From the sequence record SRR22947725_654: a stretch of 20,000 bases of DNA; one strand, written 5' to 3'. Under the pieces are notes generated by a model, which was not told the DNA's origin, made no database searches, and worked only from the letters and a program-made list of their open reading frames with translations. Positions 9,271 through 18,479 of the stretch are shown here, piece by piece (position 1 is the stretch's first letter; each line of letters opens with the position of its first letter). The position numbers and the translations under genes were made by a program.

Positions 9271-9632
9271 GAATTTTTCTAAAATTACTAAGAGAAGGCT
9301 CTGGAAGGTTACTAATCTTTATTGACTGGGTGTTTAGACCATCAATCATTAAACGAAGTGATGAAGAGCAGATGATTGTAGATCAGAAAACTGAATCTTT
9401 AAAATTGTATGAGTTCTATGCGTGCCCTTTTTGTGTCAAGACTCGAAGAGCAATCAAGCGCTTAAATCTAAAAGTTGAGACTAGAAATGCACAAGAGCGT
9501 AGCTACAGAACAGAGCTTGAATCAAGTGGTGGAAAGATACAGGTTCCATGCCTTCAAATTAGTCAAGATGGAGAGGTAAACTGGCTATACGAGTCAAACG
9601 ATATTATTGGTTATCTGGACAAACATTTTTAA
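9267..9632 (+). CDS. Glutaredoxin / GST N-terminal-domain protein
   Basis: CPFC active site (9423-9434), GGKIQVPCL cis-Pro loop and LYESNDIIGYL. It is coupled to folD by an ATGA overlap. Confidence 0.88.
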   Translation: MRIFLKLLREGSGRLLIFIDWVFRPSIIKRSDEEQMIVDQKTESLKLYEFYACPFCVKTRRAIKRLNLKVETRNAQERSYRTELESSGGKIQVPCLQISQDGEVNWLYESNDIIGYLDKHF

Positions 9633-9656
9633 CTAACTTTATGAGTTTTCTCAAAA

Positions 9657-10028
9657 ATGCTTTATATTCACGGGGGTAATAATAAGCAAATAGAGCTTTC
9701 ACATCAGCTTTATAATTTTTGTTGCAATGGTCTATTCAAAGAAGACAATATCCCAAATATAGATCTTACCATTCATAAGGTTGAGGACGCACTTGCATGG
9801 ACAGACTATGAGGGCGATGGTAAGTTTTTTATTGAAATTGAAGAGACACTTGATCAAAAAAAATTTATTATTACCATGTGTCATGAGATGATCCATGTAT
9901 GCCAATTTTTATCAGGTGTGGAAGTAAGTGAATTATCAGCATATCATTATGAGGAGAAGATTGCTGAACAGTTTTATCTTGAGGAATTGAGATTAAACCA
10001 TAGTCCTTTAGATTTAAATGAGGACTAA
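9657..10028 (+). CDS. Small HExxH zinc-metallopeptidase-like protein
   Basis: 123 aa with FIITMCHEMIHVCQ (HEMIH at 9882-9896) and a downstream ELSAY. The function is inferred from the motif only. Confidence 0.7.
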   Translation: MLYIHGGNNKQIELSHQLYNFCCNGLFKEDNIPNIDLTIHKVEDALAWTDYEGDGKFFIEIEETLDQKKFIITMCHEMIHVCQFLSGVEVSELSAYHYEEKIAEQFYLEELRLNHSPLDLNED

Positions 10029-11110
10029 GGTAAATACTCCTTTAAGCTATCAATTGATTTGTTTAATTCTTCCATAGAATTTGAAGTTAGCGTGATATGG
10101 CCAAGTTTTCTTCCCTTGCGCTCCTCTTTATCATAAAGATGTAAATGTGCATTTTTGGTTTTAAGTACCTTACTAGTTTGACCCTGCATACCAATAATAT
10201 TAATCATCGCATTAAATGAACTTTTGATAGATGTCACTCCTAATGGAGAATTAGTAATTGCCCTAATATGATTTTCAAATTGAGAGGTTTGAGCGCCTTC
10301 AATTGTCCAATGACCTGAGTTGTGAACTCTTGGGGCAATTTCATTAACAATCAGCTCATCAGAGGAATCAAAAAGTTCAAGGGTCATTACACCAACATGA
10401 TCCATTTCATTAATCAATGAATGCATATATTCCTCTGCTTTTTTTTGAAGAGATTTTGATATATTTTGTGCAGGTGCAATTGTTAATCTTAATATTCCTT
10501 CATGATGTGTGTTTTCCACTAGTGGATAGTATTTAAGACTTGCATCCAGTCCTCTTACAGCGATTAAAGAGAGCTCTCGTTTGAACTTTATAAAGCCCTC
10601 CAAGATTGATTCAGCACCAGACATGTGGTCCCAGGCTTCATCGATTTCAGATTCAGATTTGATAAGAAATTGACCTTTTCCATCATAACCATCTTTAGCA
10701 GTTTTTAAAATTGCAGGAAGTCCTATCAATTCAACGGCACTTTTAAGTTCTAAGAAACTGTTAACCATTTTGAACGGTGCGCAAGGTATGTTTAACTTAG
10801 AAAGTAAGCTTTTCTCTCTTCCACGGTGCTGAGTTAGGTGGAGCGAACTTTCACTGGGATAGACTTTTGATTTTTTACTGACTTTGTTGACGATTGATAC
10901 ATCAGTATTTTCACTCTCATATGTCACAACATCAGAGTCATCAGAAAATAACTCAATTACATTAGAATGATTATTAATGTATGTTTTTCCTAAAAGAGAA
11001 GAGGGGTCTTCCTCTGATAAAGCCAGAAACCTCATTTGATGTCCCAAAGGGTAAGCTGATAGAGCAAGCATTCTTCCTAACTGACCAGCACCAAGAACAC
11101 CAATTTTCAT
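10025..11110 (-). CDS. purK: N5-carboxyaminoimidazole ribonucleotide synthase
   Basis: IGVLGAGQLGRML, GYDGKGQ, NEIAPRVHNSGHWT, SQFENHIRA and RKLGH motifs. It lies downstream of purE. Confidence 0.98.
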   Translation of the reverse strand: MKIGVLGAGQLGRMLALSAYPLGHQMRFLALSEEDPSSLLGKTYINNHSNVIELFSDDSDVVTYESENTDVSIVNKVSKKSKVYPSESSLHLTQHRGREKSLLSKLNIPCAPFKMVNSFLELKSAVELIGLPAILKTAKDGYDGKGQFLIKSESEIDEAWDHMSGAESILEGFIKFKRELSLIAVRGLDASLKYYPLVENTHHEGILRLTIAPAQNISKSLQKKAEEYMHSLINEMDHVGVMTLELFDSSDELIVNEIAPRVHNSGHWTIEGAQTSQFENHIRAITNSPLGVTSIKSSFNAMINIIGMQGQTSKVLKTKNAHLHLYDKEERKGRKLGHITLTSNSMEELNKSIDSLKEYLP

Positions 11111-11113
11111 AAC

Positions 11114-11602
11114 TTATTTATTAGGATTAGGATTGTTTAGTACGCTTTGAGTTTGTTCTGAGCGAAATTGAGCAACTTTTTTTCTAACTTCTTCATTGTG
11201 GTTTCCAACAATTTGAGCGGCTAGTATTCCTGCATTTTTTGCACCTGATTCTCCTATAGCAAGTGTACCAACAGGAATGCCACCAGGCATTTGGACTATA
11301 GATAATAATGAGTCTTGTCCGCTTAATGCCTTTGATTGAATGGGAACGCCAAGAACTGGCACAATAGTTTTTGATGCAACCATTCCGGGCAAGTGAGCTG
11401 ATCCTCCAGCACCAGCAATAATGACTTCAAGACCCCTGTCCTGAGCAGTTTCCGCGTATTCAAACATTAGGTCAGGTGTTCTATGAGCAGAGACCACTCT
11501 AATCTCATAGGTTATACCAAACTCATCAAGCATATCTGTGGCACTTTTCATTGTGGGCCAATCAGACTTTGAACCCATAATTACTCCGACTATTGCACTC
11601 AT
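11114..11602 (-). CDS. purE: N5-carboxyaminoimidazole ribonucleotide mutase
   Basis: [34 protein letters not shown] and [11 protein letters not shown] motifs. Confidence 0.99.
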   Translation of the reverse strand: MSAIVGVIMGSKSDWPTMKSATDMLDEFGITYEIRVVSAHRTPDLMFEYAETAQDRGLEVIIAGAGGSAHLPGMVASKTIVPVLGVPIQSKALSGQDSLLSIVQMPGGIPVGTLAIGESGAKNAGILAAQIVGNHNEEVRKKVAQFRSEQTQSVLNNPNPNK

Positions 11603-11629
11603 TTTTGTGTTGGTGAGGAAATTGATGGA

Positions 11630-11638
11630 ATTATACCA
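11630..11638 (-). promoter_or_regulatory. Extended -10 promoter of purEK
   Basis: The minus strand reads TGGTATAAT (TGn plus a perfect TATAAT), 27 nt upstream of the purE ATG. Confidence 0.6.
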
Positions 11639-11687
11639 AAAACCCGATAACTATAAGAATTGAAACTTTGAAGTGGGAGAATATAAG

Positions 11688-12386
11688 TTAAATTTTAAAG
11701 TCGTTGTCCAAAAATGGCAGGTGGCCAGATCTTAAAACATGGGTTTTTGATCCTGCCGCTTCATACCAATCTTGAATTTTAACTGGAACAAGAGTATCGA
11801 GTGATCCAAGAATGCATTTTTTTGGTGTTGAAATATTTTTGAAAGTATCTCTTAGATCAGAATTTAAGATTATTTGAAGCCCATTATCCAAAGCGCTTTG
11901 TGATGCAGGGAATTTTTGAATAGATTGATGAAGCTCCTGAATTTGTGACTTATCTTTGCTTTGAAGACTAACAAAACGCTTTAGCGCTTTAGTACTATCA
12001 TTTTTCAAGTTGCTTACAAATTGATTAAAAACTTGGCTTTCGATTCCAAATTCCCAATCTGTATTATTTATAAGGCAAGGACTCGCAGCAACTAAAATTA
12101 GCTCATTAACTTTAATTTGATTTGCTACAAAAGTTGATAAAAGTCCTCCTAAAGACCAGCCCAAGAGGATTGATTGTTCAGGGATCAGTTTAATGATCTC
12201 ATTGCACCATGATTCAAGATTACCCTCAATATCAGGGCTTCTTCCATGTCCAGGTAGGTCGATAACTGTTATGCGGTATTTATGTTTATATTTTTCGACA
12301 AGACTTTGAAAAATATCACTATTAAAAGCCCATCCATGTAAGAGAACAAGATCTGGCCCTTCACCTATAGTTTTATGCCATAGCAT
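11688..12386 (-). CDS. bioH: Pimeloyl-ACP methyl ester carboxylesterase
   Basis: Alpha/beta hydrolase with LVLLHGWAFNS, DLPGHGRS, nucleophile GWSLGG, DTLVP and GHLPF. It lies directly after bioF. The ATG at 12386 (MLWHKTIGEG) is preferred to the TTG at 12401. Confidence 0.88.
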   Translation of the reverse strand: MLWHKTIGEGPDLVLLHGWAFNSDIFQSLVEKYKHKYRITVIDLPGHGRSPDIEGNLESWCNEIIKLIPEQSILLGWSLGGLLSTFVANQIKVNELILVAASPCLINNTDWEFGIESQVFNQFVSNLKNDSTKALKRFVSLQSKDKSQIQELHQSIQKFPASQSALDNGLQIILNSDLRDTFKNISTPKKCILGSLDTLVPVKIQDWYEAAGSKTHVLRSGHLPFLDNDFKI

Positions 12387-13482
12387 TTTTAACCTTTGCA
12401 AGTAGTGACTCTATTTCTTCAGATTGATGATTTGATGATAACGTAAACCGGAGTCTAGCTGTATTTGGGGGGACAGTGGGAGGACGAATTGCACTCACAA
12501 AAAAACCTGAATCAAATAAATTATTACTAATTTCTAAAGCCCTTTGACTAGAGCCAACAATTAGTGGCTGAATGGCGCTATCTGAATTTTCAAAATTGAG
12601 CCCTAGTTGGCTTGACATAGTCTTAAAAAAATCAATATTTTTAAGTAGTTTTTCTTTTTGTTCTCCACTTTTAATAATTTCTAGGCTCATGAGTATTGCT
12701 TGGCAAACACTTGGTGGGATAGCAGTTGTATAGGTGTATGGTCTTGACTTTTGAATTAAGAATTCTATAAAGTCATTATTACCAGCAACAAATGCTCCCA
12801 TAACGCCTGCAGCTTTACCTAACGTTGCCATATAGATAGAACTCTTAGGTATGAATGGATCAAAAATACCAAAGCCATGGGCATCATCTTGCATCAAAAT
12901 GGTATCAGTTTTACGAATAGCTTTGTCAATTCCAGCTATATCTGCTTGATCTCCATCCATACTAAATACGTTGTCTGTCACAACTAAGCCAGGACCTATT
13001 TGTTTTTCGAGCTTGGAGTCAAGAGAGTCAAGGTTGTTATGAAGGTACCTTTGAATAGTCAGACCAGCTATTCGACTTCCATCAATTAAAGATGCATGGT
13101 TTAACTTGTCTTGTAGTGCCCATTTAATTTCGTCTCTGAGCGCTGAAAAAATTCCAAGATTAGCACTATAACCAGATGAGAATATGAGAGCATTCTCTTG
13201 CCCAGTAAATTCTGATAAGGCTTCTTCAAGAAGTTTATGAGACTCTGAGTGTCCACTGACAAGGTGAGATGCCCCTGAGCCAGAGCCATACTTTTCGACT
13301 CCTTTAATGAACGCTTCTTTAACCTTGGGATGACTGGCAAGTGAAAGATAATCATTGGAGCAAAAATTAACTACTTCACTGCTATCGATGACCATTCTTG
13401 TTTTTTGGGGGCTGTTTGATACTCTTCGAGAGCGTAATAAATGATTATTTTCAAGCTCACTTATTTTTTTTGAAAAGTTCAT
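12373..13482 (-). CDS. bioF: 8-amino-7-oxononanoate synthase
   Basis: NFCSNDYLSL, GSGASHLVSGH, FSSGYSAN, NHASLIDG, VFSMDGD, DDAHGFG, the PLP lysine in TLGKA, and AIRPPTVP. Confidence 0.95.
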   Translation of the reverse strand: MNFSKKISELENNHLLRSRRVSNSPQKTRMVIDSSEVVNFCSNDYLSLASHPKVKEAFIKGVEKYGSGSGASHLVSGHSESHKLLEEALSEFTGQENALIFSSGYSANLGIFSALRDEIKWALQDKLNHASLIDGSRIAGLTIQRYLHNNLDSLDSKLEKQIGPGLVVTDNVFSMDGDQADIAGIDKAIRKTDTILMQDDAHGFGIFDPFIPKSSIYMATLGKAAGVMGAFVAGNNDFIEFLIQKSRPYTYTTAIPPSVCQAILMSLEIIKSGEQKEKLLKNIDFFKTMSSQLGLNFENSDSAIQPLIVGSSQRALEISNNLFDSGFFVSAIRPPTVPPNTARLRFTLSSNHQSEEIESLLAKVKNAMA

Positions 13483-13500
13483 GATAGTAATCTTAGATTG

Positions 13501-14283
13501 CTATATGAGGTTTTCCATGGGTGATGAGGCACTTGCGTAGGCTTTTTTCATCATTCTGCCAGCAAGGTAAGATTTCCTTCCAGCTATAATCGCATGCTTC
13601 ATTGCGCTGGCCATAATAAGTGGATCATTAGCATTGGCAATAGCAGAGTTCATTAAGACACCATCACAGCCAAGCTCCATGGCTCGAGCAGCATCACTTG
13701 CACAGCCAATTCCTGCATCAACTAAAACTGGAACACTGGAATTCTCTTTAATTAATTTAATGTTAAAAGGATTCGAAATACCCTGACCAGAGCCTATTAG
13801 TGAACCAAGTGGCATGATTGCACAGCAACCAATATCTTCAAGCTCTTTTGCAATAATTGGGTCATCAGAGGTATAAACCATAACATTAAAGTTTTCCTTG
13901 ATTAGTGTTTTAGCTGCATCAAGAGTTTCTACGATATTTGGATAAAGAGTTTTTTCATCACCAAGGACTTCAAGTTTTACTAGGTTATGTCCATCAAGTA
14001 ATTCCCTGGCCAAGAGGCACGTTCTCACAGCATCTTTTGCATTGTAGCATCCAGCAGTGTTTGGGAGAATCGTATATTTATCGGGAGAAATAACATCCAG
14101 GAGACTTTCCTCATTGGCATTTTGTCCGATATTAGTTCTGCGAATCGCAACAGTAATAATTTCTGAGCCTGATTTTTCAGTCGCTAATTTTGTCTCTTTT
14201 AGGTCTTTATATTTTCCTGAACCAACTAGCAGTCTTGAGTTAAAAGTCCTTCCAGCAATTGTAAACGGGGTATCTATTTCCAT
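13501..14283 (-). CDS. thiG: Thiazole synthase
   Basis: [39 protein letters not shown] and VDAGIG motifs. The start is probably the ATG at 14283 (MEIDTPF); 14301 is the alternative. Confidence 0.97.
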   Translation of the reverse strand: MEIDTPFTIAGRTFNSRLLVGSGKYKDLKETKLATEKSGSEIITVAIRRTNIGQNANEESLLDVISPDKYTILPNTAGCYNAKDAVRTCLLARELLDGHNLVKLEVLGDEKTLYPNIVETLDAAKTLIKENFNVMVYTSDDPIIAKELEDIGCCAIMPLGSLIGSGQGISNPFNIKLIKENSSVPVLVDAGIGCASDAARAMELGCDGVLMNSAIANANDPLIMASAMKHAIIAGRKSYLAGRMMKKAYASASSPMENLI

Positions 14284-14359
14284 AGCGTTATAAGATACCA
14301 TGTGCCGTAATTAATATTTCAATATTGAGTCGTAATCTTTTCAATTTCAGATGAATTAT

Positions 14360-15301
14360 TTAGACTGTCAAGCCAGCAATTTTTTGAATATCGTTAATCG
14401 CTTTCGTTACGATTCTTGAGAATAAGAAATCCGAGTCATGTCCAGATTCTGATCGAGAAACAAATTCTTCCACCATTAACTGATAATGGTTACACGCTGG
14501 AAATTCAACTTTGGTTCCTTTTTCAAGGCCACCATTAGACCAGTAGGCATAAGTTTTTTCAGGAGGATTGACTGGAACATTCAGTTTAGCCCAGCCATTC
14601 GAGCCAAGAACAGTAAAGGCTTGACAAAGAGCTGCATTAGCTGAAACAGTCATGCTCAGTGTTTCACCATTTGGCCATCTTAGGGTAGCATCGACTTGTT
14701 TTTCAATTTCATATTCATCACTTTTAACTACAACCGCAGAGAGTACTTTGGGATCACCCTCAAAGAGCATGCATCCCGACAAAATAGCATAGCATCCAAT
14801 ATCAAATAATGGTCCACCACCATATTTTATAAGGTTTCGCACATTGCCTAGTGGTTGTTGGGGGTAGCTAAAGATGAAGTGGGACGATTGATACTTGCCA
14901 ATGTCAAGATTTTTAAGCCAGTGCCATTGAGGGTGACTTCTGACCATAAAAGCTTCATAGAAAAATGCTTTACTATCTTTGGCAGTATTCTCTAGCTGAG
15001 ATAGTTCATCTAAGTTAAGAGCAACAGGTTTTTCACAAAGGACGTGTTTATTTGCTTTAAGTGCTTCAATAGAGTAGGGGACATGAAGATGATTTGGAAG
15101 TGGATTATAGATTGCATCAACTGACGGTTGATTAATAAGAGTCTCATAGTCGGTCTCAATAGCATTTCCATAGATTTCAGGAAGTACTGCTTGCCCTGGA
15201 TTTCTTCTTCCGACATGAGTTACTTTATGTCCAGCATTAAGTATTGCTGGAACAACATGCTCTCGAGCAATTTTTGCTTCTCCTAAAATTCCAAAATTCA
15301 T
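14360..15301 (-). CDS. Gfo/Idh/MocA family NAD(P)-dependent oxidoreductase
   Basis: MNFGILGEAKIA Rossmann start, DAIYNPLPNHLH, HVLCEKP, EAFMVRSHPQW and GGGPLFDIGCY. The ATG at 15301 is preferred. Confidence 0.92.
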   Translation of the reverse strand: MNFGILGEAKIAREHVVPAILNAGHKVTHVGRRNPGQAVLPEIYGNAIETDYETLINQPSVDAIYNPLPNHLHVPYSIEALKANKHVLCEKPVALNLDELSQLENTAKDSKAFFYEAFMVRSHPQWHWLKNLDIGKYQSSHFIFSYPQQPLGNVRNLIKYGGGPLFDIGCYAILSGCMLFEGDPKVLSAVVVKSDEYEIEKQVDATLRWPNGETLSMTVSANAALCQAFTVLGSNGWAKLNVPVNPPEKTYAYWSNGGLEKGTKVEFPACNHYQLMVEEFVSRSESGHDSDFLFSRIVTKAINDIQKIAGLTV

Positions 15302-15428
15302 AAAATAATTTGGTAAGTAATTAAACAAAGAATAATACTACTTAATTGATTTTGTTTTTTAGAATAATATTACAAATTGTATTAACATGTAAAATTAACA
15401 ATCAATAAATATTTTTTTAGGAAATAGC

Positions 15429-16058
15429 ATGCCTCTTAACGCAATAAAACATCCTTTAATAGCTCATAAACTTGCTTTACTTCGTCAGGAGGGAATTAGT
15501 ACAAAACATTTTCGTGAGCTTGCTAATGAAGTTGCAAGTCTGCTAACTTATGAGGCTACTCGTGATTTACCTCTAGAAAGTAGAGAAATTAATGGCTGGC
15601 AAGGAGAACCAATAAAAACTGAAATGTTGACTGGTAAAAAGCTATCAATCGTTCCAATTCTTAGAGCGGGGTTAGGAATGCTCGATGGCGTTTTAACTCT
15701 TGTACCTAATGCCAAAGTAAGTGTAGTTGGCTTATATCGAGATGAGGAAACTCTAGATCCTGTTGCTTATTTTGACAAAGTGATTACGGATATTGACCAA
15801 AGAACATCATTAATCATTGACCCTATGTTGGCTACAGGAGGAACACTTCTTGCCACAATTGATCTATTGAAGCAAAAAGGATGTAAAAAAATTATAGGCT
15901 TGTTTTTAGTAGCCTCTCCAGAGGGGCTTGAAAGGGTTACAAAATTACATCCAGATGTTGATTTGTTTATTGCTGCAATAGATGATTCTCTTAATGAGAG
16001 TGGCTATATACTTCCTGGTTTAGGAGATGCTGGAGATAAGATTTTTGGCACAAAGTAA
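15429..16058 (+). CDS. upp: Uracil phosphoribosyltransferase
   Basis: [35 protein letters not shown] and [18 protein letters not shown] motifs, with an AGGA SD. Confidence 0.99.
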   Translation: MPLNAIKHPLIAHKLALLRQEGISTKHFRELANEVASLLTYEATRDLPLESREINGWQGEPIKTEMLTGKKLSIVPILRAGLGMLDGVLTLVPNAKVSVVGLYRDEETLDPVAYFDKVITDIDQRTSLIIDPMLATGGTLLATIDLLKQKGCKKIIGLFLVASPEGLERVTKLHPDVDLFIAAIDDSLNESGYILPGLGDAGDKIFGTK

Positions 16059-16064
16059 ATAATC

Positions 16065-16970
16065 TTGAAAGAAGATATTTTTCCTCAAGGCTCTGCATGG
16101 ATGAATGGAGAGTTTATTAATATTTCAGAAGCTCGAATACCAATCCTTGACTGGGGGTTTCTCAGATCTGATGCAACCTATGATGTTGTGCATGTATGGA
16201 AAGGTCAATTTTTTCGCTTAGATGAGCATATAGACAGATTCTTTGAATCTACTAAAAGTCTTAGGATGCCTTGTTCATTGGAAAGAGATGACCTTAAAAA
16301 AATACTTGCAGGTTGTGTTAAGCATGCAGGACTAGACGATGCTTATGTAGAGATGATTCAGACTAGGGGTGTTTCTAAAAATTTTCAAAGAGATCCTCGT
16401 AAAGCGAATCATCGTTTTATAGCTTTTGCAGTTCCATTTGGCTGGATTCTTAATCCAGATGAATTTGAAAAAGGCTTGAATGTCATAATAAGCAACATAA
16501 GAAGAATACCACCTGAATCTGTTGATTCAAAAATCAAAAACTATCATTGGCTTGATTTAATTAGTGGGATGTTTGAAGCTTATGACTCTAATGTTGACTC
16601 AGTAATTTTAGTGGATGAAGGAAATAATATTTCAGAAGGACCAGGATTTAATATTTTCTGTCTAGATGCAAGTGGGCTTAATACTCCAGATAAAGGAGTT
16701 TTAGAGGGTGTTACAAGGCAAACTGTTTTGGATTTAGCAAAAGAAATTAAGTTGCCAGTTAATCTCAAGCCAATTTCTATCAAGATGCTTAATGATTCTA
16801 ATGAAGTATTTGCAACCTCTACAGCTGGAGGAATAATGCCAATTACTAAGATTAATAATCAATTGGTGGGTAACGGCACACCAGGCAAAGTAACGAGACA
16901 AATACATAAGTCTTATTGGGACTTACATGTTAATTCAAGATGGACTCAATCAGTGAATGATTTGGTTTAA
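16065..16970 (+). CDS. PLP-dependent class IV aminotransferase, (R)-amine transaminase type
   Basis: Fold-IV motifs DWGFLRSDATYDVVHVW, FRLDEHIDRF, YVEMIQTRG, catalytic KNYHWLDL, EGPGFNIF, LEGVTR and STAGGIMP. The TTG start is 6 nt after the upp stop. Confidence 0.9.
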   Translation: MKEDIFPQGSAWMNGEFINISEARIPILDWGFLRSDATYDVVHVWKGQFFRLDEHIDRFFESTKSLRMPCSLERDDLKKILAGCVKHAGLDDAYVEMIQTRGVSKNFQRDPRKANHRFIAFAVPFGWILNPDEFEKGLNVIISNIRRIPPESVDSKIKNYHWLDLISGMFEAYDSNVDSVILVDEGNNISEGPGFNIFCLDASGLNTPDKGVLEGVTRQTVLDLAKEIKLPVNLKPISIKMLNDSNEVFATSTAGGIMPITKINNQLVGNGTPGKVTRQIHKSYWDLHVNSRWTQSVNDLV

Positions 16971-18403
16971 GAGTCTTTATAAGCTTGCTCTTTTTTTAAC
17001 GATTTAAAAGCATCTAGGGCTTTTCCTCGTGAAGCCTTTAGATTAATTATGGGCTCAGGATAATCTTTTCCAATAACAATATTTGCTTTGTCTAAGACCT
17101 CCTTTGGAGCTTCCGATGGATTGTAAAGATATTTGTTGGGCAGTTCTTTTAATTCTGGGATATATTGTCTAATGTATTCACCATCTGGATCAAATTTCTC
17201 TCCCTGTGTGACTGGATTGAAAATTCTAAAGTATGGGGCTGCATCTGCGCCACATCCAGCAATCCACTGCCAACTAGCACTGTTACTCGCAAGATCAGCA
17301 TCAACAAGGCAATCCCAAAACCAGCGTTCACCATGATGCCAATTTAATAAAAGATTTTTTACTAAAAATGAACCTACAACCATTCTGACTCGATTGTGCA
17401 TTGAGCCAGTCAACCATAATTCTCTCATTCCTGCGTCAACCATAGGGATTCCAGTTTGACCTTTTTGCCAAGCTAATAAATTTTTTGAGTTGTCTTCCCA
17501 TGGAAAAGCATCAAATTTCGACTGCAGATTTTTTCTTGGAAGGTCAGGGTTGAAATAAAGCTGGCAATAAGAGAACTCGCGCCACCCTAATTCACTTAAG
17601 AAGTGATCAATGTTCTTATCGCTTCCTTTGTCCTTAGCCAGATACCATGCCTGATTGGGGGACAGCTCTCCGAAATGTATATGAGGAGAGATTCTTGATA
17701 CAAATGGCTTTGCAGGAAAATTCCTTCCTTCCTTGTAATGATTGATTCCACTATCAATAAATTGAGTTAGCCTTTCATATGCACCTATTTCACCTATATT
17801 CCAATGTGACTCCATTTGAATATCCCATCTGAATGCAGGAATGAGTGACAAATCTTTAAGATTTAATGAGGAGTCTTTGTCAACAATAAAATTAGAAGTA
17901 CTGACTTTAGGTAGAGGTTTTCTAGGTTCTTCTGAGTTAAGGCACCCTTTGCGATAAAAGGGGGTAAAAACTTTGTATGGGGTCCCATCATCTTTTTTTA
18001 TCTTCCATGGCTCCCACAGAAGTGAACCATTGTAGGTGAAAACTGAAATCCCTTTTTCCTCTAGTTTAGATTTTATTTCTGTATCTCTTTTAATACGCCA
18101 GGGCTCATAACATCTATTCCAATAGACAGCGGTTATATTGTTTCTATCAATAATATCTAATAAAGTTTTTAGAGGGTCTCCTTGGTATAGAGATAAATTA
18201 TTGTTTAGGTTTTCATTAAGACTTTTTAAAGAGTGATGCAGCCAAAAACGGCTTGCCCCTCCTAAGGAAAACTCTCCAGCATTTTCACTATCTAGAATAT
18301 AAACTGGAAGAACTTGATCATTACTTGAGGCTTGATGAAGCGCTGGATTATCAGTTAAACGTAAATCTTGACGAAACCAATGTATTGTCTTAAGATTGCT
18401 CAT
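16967..18403 (-). CDS. phrB: Deoxyribodipyrimidine photolyase (CPD photolyase)
   Basis: WFRQDLRLTDNPAL, YKVFTPF, SRISPHIHFGELS, ELGWREF, TGIPMVDAGMRELW.TG.MHNRVRM and WQWIAGCGADAAPYFRIFNP. The start is probably the ATG at 18403; 18412 is the alternative. Confidence 0.95.
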   Translation of the reverse strand: MSNLKTIHWFRQDLRLTDNPALHQASSNDQVLPVYILDSENAGEFSLGGASRFWLHHSLKSLNENLNNNLSLYQGDPLKTLLDIIDRNNITAVYWNRCYEPWRIKRDTEIKSKLEEKGISVFTYNGSLLWEPWKIKKDDGTPYKVFTPFYRKGCLNSEEPRKPLPKVSTSNFIVDKDSSLNLKDLSLIPAFRWDIQMESHWNIGEIGAYERLTQFIDSGINHYKEGRNFPAKPFVSRISPHIHFGELSPNQAWYLAKDKGSDKNIDHFLSELGWREFSYCQLYFNPDLPRKNLQSKFDAFPWEDNSKNLLAWQKGQTGIPMVDAGMRELWLTGSMHNRVRMVVGSFLVKNLLLNWHHGERWFWDCLVDADLASNSASWQWIAGCGADAAPYFRIFNPVTQGEKFDPDGEYIRQYIPELKELPNKYLYNPSEAPKEVLDKANIVIGKDYPEPIINLKASRGKALDAFKSLKKEQAYKDS

Positions 18404-18479
18404 GATCACCATTTTATAATCATAGATGTGAACGCTTGATGAAGATTAGGAGTAAATTAAATTATCTCAATTAAATCTT

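Noticed and set aside
14284..14359. TPP riboswitch upstream of thiG
   Set aside because: The region is too short and AT-rich and lacks the conserved aptamer motifs.
15365..15395. Imperfect palindrome TACAAATTGTA in the gfo/upp divergent region as an operator
   Set aside because: It is short and lies in extremely AT-rich DNA, so it is indistinguishable from chance without comparative data.
16065..16970. Calling this gene ilvE, dat or pabC
   Set aside because: The family-specific substrate motifs of those enzymes are absent, and (R)-amine transaminase motifs are present instead.
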